DNA of 64,000 nt from Sarea resinae (taxonomy: Eukaryota), in NCBI GenBank assembly GCA_026026165.1, contig JAPEUD010000007.1, positions 186,001 to 250,000 on the forward strand. The letters run 5' to 3'. The position numbers and the translations under genes were made by a program. This document shows, one piece after another, positions 47,407 through 58,770 of this stretch; the stretch's first letter is position 1, and every line of letters starts with the position of its first letter. The notes beneath the pieces were generated by a model. That model searched no databases and was not told the DNA's origin. It saw nothing but the letters and a program-made list of their open reading frames with translations.

Positions 47407-48631
47407 ATGGCCACGCTCCTCCGTCCCACCTTCCTCCGCCCCGCCCTCAACCTCAAAACCCTCCGCAAACCAACACCTCCTCCACTCCCCTCCCTATTCT
47501 CTCACACACGCCGCACATACGCCCTTCAAACACCTGGTGCCCCGACTCTGCAAGTCTTCAACCAACACACCAAATATCTCCAAAAAGAACGAGCCGCGGC
47601 CAATGTAGAAGAAAGCCGCAAGGTGGACTATGTCCGTGACGAGGTCGCCAAACAGCTCTGCGACCGTCTTCTCGTTAGTTCCCACCTCCCTTCCTCTCCG
47701 CCTCCAAAAGAGGAGCCCCATCTCCGATTATATTCAGACTTTGCCACTGACGCCTGTTTCCTCTCTTCCGCAGTTCATCAACCGCCACTTCCCACACGTG
47801 CTCGACCTCGGCGCAAACGCATGCAACATCGCGCGGGCGCTCACGGCGCCGAATCCCGATCCCCTCACGCCCACATCTGCACCCCTCTCGACCCGAATCT
47901 CACAACTAACAGCCACGGACGTCTCGCCGGCCCTCCTCCACCGGGACGCCTCGGCGCCCTTCAATGACGCCATCAACATAACGCGCGACCCAGTCCCGCT
48001 GTCCGAAACCTCGCCCCTGCCCTACGCGCCCAACACCTTCGACGCCGTCCTCTCGTCCTGCAGCCTTCACTGGATCAACGACCTGCCCGGCCTTTTAGGG
48101 CAGGTAAACCACATCCTAAAGCCCGACGCGCCTTTCCTAGCCGCGATGCTAGGCGGCGACTCGCTGTACGAACTCCGCACGTCGCTACAGCTGGCCGAGC
48201 TGGAGCGGCGCGGTGGTGTCTCACCGCACGTGTCGCCGCTGGCTGATGTGCGCGATATCGGCTCGCTGTTGAATCGCGCCGGCTTCAAACTGCTGACCGT
48301 CGACGTCGATGATGTCGTCGTCGATTACCCGAGTGTTTTCGCCCTGATGACAGATCTGCAGGCCATGGGCGAGAGCAACGCTGTCATGGGCAGAGAAATG
48401 GGCGGCTTGCAGCGCGATGTCATGATGGCGGCCGAGGGCATCTATCGCGTGCTGCATGGCAACGAGGACGGCACGTTGCCAGCAACGTTCAGGATCATCT
48501 ACATGATTGGGTGGAAAGCCGGGGGTTCGCAACCACAGCCTTTGGAGAGAGGCAGTGGGGAGGTCGGGTTGAAGGATATCCTAGAGGGGGGTGGTGGGGA
48601 GGCTGGTGGGGATGGGAACGGAAAAGCGTAA
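47407..48631 (+). CDS. NDUFAF5: Mitochondrial complex I assembly factor NDUFAF5 (SAM-methyltransferase fold)
   Basis: Exons 47407-47673 and 47774-48631. Arg/Leu-rich presequence; QKERAA..DYVRDEVA; LDLGA; SLHWINDLPG; LYELRTSLQLAELERRGGVSPHVSP; DLQAMGE. Confidence 0.92.
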
Positions 48632-49075
48632 GAGGGTCTGTCTGGGAATCGGAATGACAAAGATGGGAGTTTGTAGGATTATTTTTGGGTGTAGAGATCA
48701 ACCTAGAGCGATATCCATCACTGCTGCTTCTTCATCCGAGCCATCAGCTCACCGCGATTTGAGTATAACCATGATTCGTTTTGCATTCGGCCGTGTCCCA
48801 CCCGAGCCGAAATTCGTCTTCGTTTCGGTCGATCAAGCTTGTAAAGAACCGCCGCCACAGGTGCAGCCAGTCTCAGATGGTCCCGTGTCACTTGAGATAT
48901 TCGAGATTCTTTTCTTTTCTTGGCCGATAGTCCATAAACGCTTTCCCGGTGTAAAAGAAAGGCTAACGACTAAGGAGAATATAAAACCGGGAAACGAAAA
49001 AGCAAAGGAAAATTTTCTATACAGTATAGACATGATATCAGCCGCCCCAGCCCAATCTCCCATGATTCCATACGC

Positions 49076-50264
49076 TCAGACTGTCCGTCGGTCTGTCATG
49101 ACTCGCACGATACTGCCAGGTCCCGCAATCTCAACGAGCTATACAATCGCAAGACCGAATTAGCACATGTCCCCTTACACTGACACCGGCTCTCTGAAAC
49201 ATGGGATGTGGGCACAGATTTCACAGCACACAATAAGTGATAGAGAAGGAGCATCGGCAATACCAAAAGAGCCCAAGAACAGGTGATGACGAAAAGAGAC
49301 AAGCTTACCTTTTCATGCCAGCTCAATAGCACACTCATGGCCTGGCCGCCGCCCTCTCCACCGCCTACCCGTGAGTGGATCTGGGAGAAACCCCCCGTGG
49401 TTTGGGGCGAGATGGATTTGCCGGACGAGTTGGACACTTGGCTACTGTGTGCCATGCCCTTGTATCTGTTTCATGGGAAGGTCAGTGAGCGATCGGTCAG
49501 TCAATGCGTCGTCAGTTGAGATGGGTACGTAGCGAAGGGTAAATAAGGCATATTTAGAGAGATCGAGAGGGTGTAAACTGCATAATTAGAGAGAGGATAG
49601 GGAACAGAAGTCCGAATGAAGAACAGAAAGCCAGGCCAGGCTGTATGCAGAAAGAGGTGCAGAAGGAAAAGGGACGACGTACAGATACTTCATTAGCACA
49701 TCCAAGGCCTCAGTGCCACCTTCTGACTCGTATAATCGGCGTAGGATCGGTGACATATCAGACTGCTTTATGGATTGCAGGATCTCGATCACGGTGGCGA
49801 GGTAAACCTCCTATCATCATCCAATTGTGATCGAATCAGCCCCCATATCAAATATGCCCTCATAACGCACAGCATCGCAACCTCCTCCTTCCTATTTTGT
49901 ATTCCAGGCGCCCATATTGAGGCTCTGTACGGCCCCACTGACCAGACCTCCAACACATGCCACAACATATCTCTTGTCCCCCCACCCCCCCGCAGCCTGT
50001 CACCGGCCCTGCACGCTCAGCAACACAGAACAAACTCACCTTCGCCCTGTCGTCGCCACCATACGGTGCATTCTCCAGCGCGCCCCTCAACGCACCCTCG
50101 GTATCGCCCCCGCGTAACAGCTGTCGGATCTGGCCCGCTAGGTTCTGGGCATCGGCGCTCGAGACGGGCACGACGCTTGGCGCGAGGCTGGGGATGTCGA
50201 AGTTGTAAGGTGATTCCGGGTCCAATTGGTCGATGTTTATCGTGCGGTAGTTGAGGAGCGCCAT
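49076..50264 (-). CDS. ARC15: Arp2/3 complex subunit 5 (p16-Arc)
   Basis: Exons 50264-50040, 49810-49683, 49465-49309, 49138-49076. Motifs [51 protein letters not shown]. Confidence 0.95.
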
Positions 50265-51078
50265 TTTCGGATTTCGAACTGGTAGGATTAGGAAATCGAC
50301 GTGCTGGTGATTATAATTTGTCAGTGTCGTCGTGGACGTGGTGGGCGAGCTGCAGTACGGGAGTACGACAGAAGTTGCGCTAGGCTCGAATGTCGTCTGA
50401 CGTATGATCGATCTGATTAGATTATTTATACCCTCTTATCTATCAACCCCTCTCTAATCATCAAGAGTCAATAGACAATCTTCTGTGTGCGGTACATAGA
50501 GAGCAGAACCGTGGAAGAGAGAAATCATATATAAACCAACAATATGACTGTATGATTGACACAAGGATTTCAAAGCAAACCATATAATATCCTGCGATTG
50601 CTAATCAATAGATGCTGTTTTTAGAGCACCTATAACCAATAAGTCTACTATAGCAGCTCAATGGATATAGCACTCTGTAAAGCCACAAGAATTTCCAATC
50701 AGTCTGCCATCGAATAATCTGCTCAATTTAATCCCTTATCAAAGACTTTTGTGTCCAGATGTTTTAGAAAGAGGGGAAATGTGAAGCTAGATATTCATAG
50801 ACTTCTGACTACTATTTCACGCGTCATCCTAATGAATATGCAAAAGCAAACCCAGAAGCAGCATAGGAAATAGAATTGGCCCTTCAATCGCAACCTTCAC
50901 AGCTAGCTCTTTACGATTCACCTTATTGGCATATAAAAGATGCCAACACCGTCCACCTTCAAATGAGAGATAACTCACATCTGACTTTCGCGCACTTACT
51001 TCATCCTCACCTCACGTTCAATCAAACCGATAATCACACACCGAGACCACACACTAAAGGTCAGCGAACACCTACGAA

Positions 51079-51907
51079 ATGGAAACCAAATCCAAATGCG
51101 TCTACCCTCATATCAGCCTCGTGATGCGAAAGAGGAAGAGCAGCAGAAGTAGCTGCAGCAGCACGACCTGCGCATGCCGCAGCCAACCAGGTCCGACCTC
51201 CTGCACCATGGGCATCTGGGCAGAGGTGTCCGCAAGCGCCTGGAAGCTCACGTTGTACGAACCCTCGGCTTATCGTCGCGAGGAGGATGGGAGCTATATC
51301 CTGCGCTTCCGGGGCAAGTGGCAGATGAAGATGGCCGAATTCATTGTAAGTTCCTGATCCTTCTCTCTTCCTTGCAGGTGACTGGAACTCCTGACTGATT
51401 TGATGCGTCAAGTACGATAACCTCGTCGCCTATGGAAAGGATAAATGGTGTCTTGAGTTTGGTGTCACTGCCCAGAGACTTGTCCATGGGGATGAAATCT
51501 CGCGTTTGATCCTTCACGATGCGAAACCTGCGGAGTTGGATTTGGACATGTACCCAGAGGCAAACTTGTTTCCAGTGGACTTTAAGTCGGTCAAGCTCGA
51601 GAGTGAGTCGTCGAAGAAGGTGCATCCAAGGGATTTCTAGCTGATTTCCTCAGATCTTCGACAAGTCAAAGGCAAAGACGACAAGACTGGGGCCACCCTG
51701 AAGGCCATGTTCACCAGATTCGTATACGTTCCGGTCGACCAGAAAATCGACTCTTCAGATGATGACTATTCATTATGCGATGATAACGAAGGAAAGGCAG
51801 TGAAGACCGTTGACAAAGTCGGAAATCTCAAAACCATTCCGAATTTTGAGCGAAAGGAATCTCAGTCGATGGGCACCAAAGGGGAACCTGATTGGGTTAT
51901 GGTCTAA
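51079..51907 (+). CDS. Hypothetical (orphan-like) protein, 236 aa, three exons
   Basis: Exons 51079-51345, 51413-51602, 51654-51907. Introns GTAAGT..CTGAT..AAG and GTGAGT..CTGAT..CAG join into one stop-free frame. No recognisable domain. Confidence 0.6.
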
Positions 51908-52022
51908 AAGGCTTTTTCGGTATAATTTGAAACGTGTATTTCCCGTCATAAGCGATAGAAGCGAAGATTCAACTTGAAAAGTCTAAGATGACTGCTTCGG
52001 AGCTGCTCGTGCTCACTACATT

Positions 52023-53827
52023 TCAAAGCATGGTTGCTCTAGGCTTGAATACCGTATGAAAATTCATCCGCCTCACAAACCAAGCATTGTGCAGCTCCAT
52101 TTTCTGCTCCGGATTCTCCAATCGCATCTTTTTCAATATCAGTAAAGCGTCATGGTGTTTGTGGAAGCGACTGACCTCAAATCTCCGCAAAAATGCTGGC
52201 ACAAGCTTGTATATCTCCAACAGACTAATATGTTTCCCAATGCATGTTCTGGATCCCATGCCAAATTGAAGCATCGTTGCGTTCATCTCTTGCAACTTCT
52301 CCTTTGGCTGGTCCAGCCATCGTTCGGGATGAAATGCTTCTACACATTCTCCAAAGACCTCAGGTCGACGATGAATAACCCATGCACTGCAGCCGACTAT
52401 AGTACCACCGGGAATATGTTCCCCGCAGATGATAGTCCCTTGCGGAGGAACAATGCGTTCCAGAGGCACCCCCGGAGGTGGATGGAGGCGGAACGATTCC
52501 TTTATGCATGCATCCAGATACGGAAGCTTTTGCGACTCTGGCCAGGAAACAAATCCATTCTCTCGATAGGCAACGGTACCATTGCAAACAGCCGTGTCGA
52601 GCTCATCCATGAGTTTTTGATATGAGTCCGGGTACTTCAGCAGATTGTAGAATACCGATGATAGGGCGATTGCACTATCACAAAGACACCGTCAGCAACG
52701 CCCAAAGGTAAAGGACTACAGATTGGCCGAGGTAGCAGCAGGCAGATATCTTGTAGCATACGTAGTATCGGATCCAGCAAATGTCATAGATAGTGCCATC
52801 GTCAACACTCGATCGTCATTCATGAATTCAGGACGGTCAGCTTTAGCCTGGTAGAATTTTGAGAGAAGGTCTTTGTGGCGAGTCGAAGTCAAACTACCAT
52901 TTTGCTTCTCCGACGGAGTCGTTCTCTCTGCCATTCGTGCTCGCGCAAACTTCGCGATCGGCTGCAGAGGCGTGATACTCAGAAGACCATATTTATCAAG
53001 AAGCAGCATCAGCGGATTCTTTGCCAGCAGACGATCCAAGAACGGCATCTGGCCAACCTGCGTTATGGTCAACACCTGTGTCATAAACTCTCATGCCTTC
53101 CGCTTGGCCTTGTTGTCAACGTACAGGAGCGGCATAGTTAAATAGGGAGTTCAGTGCCTTCATGAGGCCGCCCACATCCTCATTGTTCTCCAAATATCCC
53201 ACCCTCTTGCTATAAGTCAGCTCGCCGACCACATCAGCTGCAAAGTATTGTAACCATCGCATAAAATCACAAGTAGCGCCCGTTTTTGCGAAAAGCTCGT
53301 CGGTTCGGTTCAAGAAAACCTCGATCGTAGAGTCGACCAGTGGCTCATATTGTACTACTTGACTCATGGAGAAAGCGCCATTAACGGAGCGCCGAAATTG
53401 AGCATGATAGCTCTCATCGGTCGTAGAGAAGAGTGATGGAAGGATCTTCCCACGGGAGACACCTTGCTGGACAGGATAAAACCCGGACTGCAAGAATCAG
53501 CTTCATTGCTCGGACTTGGCACTCGTGTCTTACTTTCACGTAGCCCTGATTCAAACCATAGATGGATTTCAGAGCTTTTGGGTTGGCAAAAGACAAGCAA
53601 TTTGGACCTAGGCGTACAATATCGCCCAATTCTTTGTGTAGTTTGATATGAGTAATATCCGGTCGTCGACCGAGGACGTCGAAAAAGCGCCACCATCCTG
53701 TCAGAGACGCTAGAAACGGTCCTGGATATTTATTGAGGCCACGGCTGAATCTATTCCCAACGAGATGGACGGCGACAGCAAGTAAAATAGCCAAAGGCCA
53801 GTAATTCAGTATCGTAGAAATAAGCAT
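52023..53827 (-). CDS. Cytochrome P450 (pisatin-demethylase-like, probably CYP53/57/532 clan)
   Basis: Exons 53827-53534, 53487-53125, 53057-52762, 52674-52176, 52127-52023. N-terminal TM + YPGP, AGSDTT, ESFR (ExxR), PERW, FGMGSRTCIG heme motif. Confidence 0.95.
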
Positions 53828-55424
53828 ACTGAGCGGTCAACAAAGAGGTTTTCTAGTCCACCGAAAAAAACCAAAAGAAGGGAGAGAAGCAAGAAATCTC
53901 CGAATATATAAACCGTCTAGCATCCTGCAAGACAGCTAGACATATCACCCTGACGGTAAAGGAGAACAATAACAAGGTACAAGATATAAGAAGGATCAGC
54001 AAGGAATGATTCATCTGCGTATTCCATCGCCCTCCTGTCGGCAAGTCTATCGGCAGAAGAAGGCTGCACGACTTGAAACGGCAGCTGAATACCGAGATGA
54101 GGTCCAATAAGCTCTGTTTTTTCCTTGCGAAGCACAACAGGGAAGACGAGAATGGAGGGGCGCCACGACGCCCTACCCTCTCCTCAGTGGCACAGCAGAA
54201 AGAAGTGAAGACAAAGGCAAATGAGCTGCTGCAGTAAGCCGCTCCGCAAAGTACCTCATGCTTGCGATGACAGTTGCGATTTGAGCCGACATGGGAAGCG
54301 CTGATAGCCTTCTCGCTCAGCCAATGTAATTTGCAGCGAGCGCCTATTCAATGCCGCATGGCGGGCATGACGGGCATGGCGGAGCCTACTGCTCAATGTC
54401 GGCATATGTTCTCGTCGAAGCCTCTAAGCTGGGGTCGATGAAATTGCCGAAGATCTGCGCATCAACCCCACAGAGAGGAACGTACGAAGCTACTCCGCTG
54501 CTGATCTAGATCTTCCTGTCACATCCCCGCAGCCTGTCCCCAGACTCGAAGGCATGGAGAAAGGCATGAAGGACAGTAATTGCTCGGATGCACCAGGCCA
54601 GATAGCTAGATGGTGGCCGCGTCCTGTCGTGGCTCGGCAGTTGAGCACGGTTGATGCATTCCCCTGCTCTGCCCTGTCAGTCTCAGTGCCAGTGACACCA
54701 GAAATGGTAGATCTGACTGCCAAGGTCATCGATGAGTTGCGAAGTTTAAGTGACTTCCCTGCCATTCCTGCTCGAGGTAGACGCATCCACTCCGCTGTGC
54801 CAGAGTGGAGAAATGTAGGCAATGGTGTCTGTGTCAAGCTGGCATCATGATGCCTCCAATCGCTCCAGTGCTCGAGCCTCTGTAGCTCTACTGTAAAATG
54901 CCCATGTAATACACGAATTTTGGAGGTCTCACCGAGGTGAGGTCGGCAAATTTTGGTTGATATCAGGACTTTCCAGGCAATTCCCACATTCAGTCCTATA
55001 TTGGCAACTCCTTTCCGACTTCTGTGATTGTGTAGTCGTTGTCTGCTGAGCCCACCAAACATTTAAATATCACGCACTGGACCGTCCAATAAGCTATTTA
55101 GATTTGAAAGACTGCTGTGCCATCTGCGCCTTTTGCTGCGTCGAGAAATGTTGTAGCCGATGATGAGGCGACTGCCATTCATGCCATGACCTCAGGGCTG
55201 CCCTGCCAGGGACTTGGCGATACACAACGTCATCTTGATGGATCGCTTCCAGGACAACCTCCCAGGGAAGTCGCCAACCGACTTCGTCATCTCAACAATC
55301 ATCTCTCACACTCCATGCCACGACAGCCTTGAAGGATCAATCACCGCCACCACCTATCTACTCGCAGTCATACACAACAAAACACACCAACTCGATGTTA
55401 TAGCATCGCGCATCCATCAAGTTC

Positions 55425-56584
55425 ATGTCAACGCCCACGCGCCGCAACGGCACCATGTCCAAAGAAACCAGCGCGGACGGCTCCACCTCCAACCCAGCCG
55501 AATCATCGAGCCGACCGTCCAGCTCCTCCAGCAGCACGCCATCACCACGATCGCAACGCTCACCCTACCCCCCCTCCCCGCTCGAAGCCGCGCTCCTCGC
55601 CATCTACCCGGGGACCCTGCTCCTGGGCTCTCTCTTCTCGTTGCTCAACCCCTCCGCGCACGCCGCGCCCTACAGCGCCCTGACGCAATCCCACCCGCCG
55701 GATCTCGCGCCCTCCTACTTTGCCCGCAAACGCAACATCTTCAACGTCTTCTTCGTGAAGATAGGCTGGTTCTGGACCACGCTCGCCTTCGCCATCTTCC
55801 TCTTCACCCACCCGTCCACGGGGCCCACACTCTCTCCCGTCCTGACGCCGCGTCGCATCAGAGGCGTGCTACGCTGGTGCGCCGTCACTGCTTGCTGGGC
55901 AGCTGTGACGCAGTGGTTCTTCGGCCCCGCGCTCATTGACCGCGGATTCCGCATCACGGGTGGCGCGTGCGAGTTAATCCGCGACGAGTCCTCGCGGGCG
56001 CAGATGAGCGACACGAAAGAGTTCGTGACAGCGGCAACCTGCAAACTTGCTGGAGGACAGTGGAAGGGCGGACACGATATCAGTGGACATGTTTTCATGC
56101 TTGTGCTCGGAAGCGCGTTCTTGTGGATGGAGGTTCTGCCGGTTGTGATGACTAGGGCAAGGGGTCTACGGGAGGAGAAGATGGTCAGGTTTACGAATGG
56201 AGAAGTGGGAAGCGCCATGGTGGAGGCGGAGGTGGAGAGTCAGGGGAATAGCTCGAGGAGCGGAGCGCCTGTGGCGTTTGGCGTCAAGGCGGTATTACTC
56301 GTGGCAGGATTATCATGGTGGATGTTGCTAATGACGGCGGCATATTTCCACACTTGGTTCGAGAAGGTGAGTCGACTCCTTGGTCAAAACCACTTTCAAG
56401 CCCCGTCCATCATATTCCTTTCCTATCCATTCTGCACACCACTCAACACCACCTTTCAATAACACTCCAACTCATCTCGTAGTTCACCGGCCTCTTCGTC
56501 GCCTTCACCGCCATCTTCACCGTCTACCTCCTCCCGCGCGGTCTTCCCGCCCTGCGTGCCATCCTCGGCATGCCAGGCGTCTGA
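55425..56584 (+). CDS. SCS3: FIT family protein / acyl-CoA diphosphatase (Scs3)
   Basis: Exons 55425-56366 and 56483-56584. Motifs YFARKRNIFNVFFVKIGWFWT, QWFFGPALIDR, GGHDISGHVF, TAAYFHTWFEK. Confidence 0.93.
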
Positions 56585-57804
56585 GACCTTTCGCTCGAGT
56601 AACGCCAATAATCCAAGCATCGGCCCGCATATAACGAAACGACGCATGCATTTTCTTCATTGTTTTTCTCTGGCCCTTCTCTCCCTTCTCTCCTCTTCAT
56701 TTCATCGTATTTTCTTAACAGCCTTTTCCGTCTCAACTCCCACCCCCACACGAACAGTCCCACACCGTGAACCCTGTGAGCGGCCTCTTGTTTCACAGCC
56801 CAGCCCGTCCCATTTCCCCCGAGGCACGTACGCACGCACGCTCGCACGCATCATAGCCACGACCGCTCGACCAGGGCCGCGAAGGAGAAGAGAAGAAAGA
56901 AGATAATGATCAAGACCAAGAGAAACATAGAAACAGTAATAACACCTCCATAACCAAACCCAAAAAATTGGCTGAATTCCAGAAAGTGAATAAAAACAGT
57001 GATGGGACATAGAGCCCACGTAGACCATTGCCAGTGCCAAAGACCTTTCCAAAATCCAAAAAAAAGGGTCTTTGGATCAACGTCACCAATGAATGAAATA
57101 GCCTCCCTTTCTACCTCCCTCAGCAGGCGAGAACCTCTGCAGCGGCCAGTAAGCCATTGCGAGCACCAGACCACGGAAAGCCAGCCACAAGACAAGACAA
57201 GAACAGCAAGATAAAGAAAACCAAAAAAGCTATCTCCGGAGAGCAAAAGCCGTGCTCAAGATACGGTAGATATATTGACAGATAAATCGTCGTAGATCGA
57301 TCCAAGGAGTCCTCATCTGACGTCCAGTATCAATGCCTGTGATAGACAGTCTACCTAGATACATTCTGTCGAAAGCGTGAATCAGCTAGGTATATGGTTT
57401 AGGTTGCTTTGATATATATATTGACCGCGATTAATCCATACTTCGTAATGTATATACTGTGTATAACGACGATTGCTCTCTCTCCCACTGATTAGAAGAA
57501 CTTCGAACAACATCAACATTCCTATTCGAAAGTAAAGTAAAGTAAAGTAGAGGAGTAAATTGAAATATGTAAACTAAGATAGGGTAGGCACTAGTAACTA
57601 GAGGCGTATACGCATAATTACACATAAAACACACCGAAGAAAAGAATCAACATGAGATGGATGGGCCCAAGGCACAAGAAAGAAGTTGGAAAGAAAGAGG
57701 GAAACAAAAAGAAAAGGGAATACGGGTCTCGTGCGTCTTCACCACCCAGTCGCAACTCATGATCCAACACAAGTCTCCAACCCCCGAACCCAACGAGAAA
57801 AGAA

Positions 57805-58770
57805 TCAACAAGCGCACGAGTCCTTGGCACCGACATCATTCCTCGGCCCATTGAGATTGACTCTCGAGCTCCCCAAGTCCGCGCCTCCGGGTCCCCGGCC
57901 GCCCTGCCCTGCCGCACCGCCCGCACCGGCCGCTCCTCGGCCGCCCTTGAGAGTATTCTCGGGAATGGCGTTCGCGATGGCTGTGAAGACCTCGGTGACA
58001 TTAACACCGGTCTTCGCACTCGTCTCAAAGAAAAGAAGGCCTTCTTCTTCTGCGTACGCCTTCGCTTCCTCCGTCGAGATTTTCCTCGCATCTCCTGAAT
58101 CTTCATCATCGCCCAGCGCTTCGTTGTCGGCCTCGCCATCGGCCTCGCCGTCCTCGTCGCCTGCCGGACTCCGGGATGATGGCGCTCCCGACATCTCGGC
58201 GTCGTTAGTAAGATCGAGTTTATTTCCGACGAGCGCGATAACGATCCCAGGTGAAGCCTGACGTTGCAATTCGGCGACCCAGTGTTTGGCTTTGATGAGT
58301 GAGGTGGGCTTTGTGAGATCGTAGACAACTAGCGCCGATTGTGCGTTACGATAGTACATTGGTGCCAATGAAGCGAAGCGCTCTTGACCTGCTGTGTCCC
58401 ATATTTCGAACTTGATGGTGCGGGTGGGGAGGTTGCATTTTTGGGTCAGGAAGGCGGCTGCGGAAGGAAAGGTGGTCAGTTGGTGTTACACCGCCAGTAA
58501 ACGGAGGGAGGAAATAAGGAGCAACAAAAGAGGAGAAAAGAACTCATACCTCCTATCGTTGGCTCCTTGTTCTCCTGGAAATCATTGTTGACGAAGCGGA
58601 GGACGAGCGATGACTAGATCCGCGCCTGTTAATCAACGAGCATCCCACCGGATGAATGCGGGGTCGATGGAGGCAGGAAAGCGCACCTTTCCAACAGCGG
58701 CCTCCCCAAGTAGGACCAGTTTGACGCTGCTGCTCGGCTTTGGCGCCGCAGCTCCCGTGGGGTCGGACAT
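57805..58770 (-). CDS. Rab5-family small GTPase (Vps21/Ypt51-like)
   Basis: Exons 58770-58687, 58613-58550, 58457-57805. [42 protein letters not shown]-terminal CAC prenylation motif. Confidence 0.96.

Noticed and set aside
52128..52175. In-frame stop-free 48-nt P450 intron as an exitron
   Set aside because: It is short enough to be 3n and stop-free by chance, and its size is typical of constitutive introns here.
2002..53827. Secondary-metabolite cluster (OMT, C6 TF, FAD monooxygenase, P450)
   Set aside because: The genes are spread over 50 kb among housekeeping genes, and no PKS, NRPS, terpene synthase or transporter is present.
54490..55062. 190-aa minus-strand ORF between the P450 and SCS3
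   Set aside because: No recognisable motifs or supporting splice structure; it lies in a divergent promoter region.
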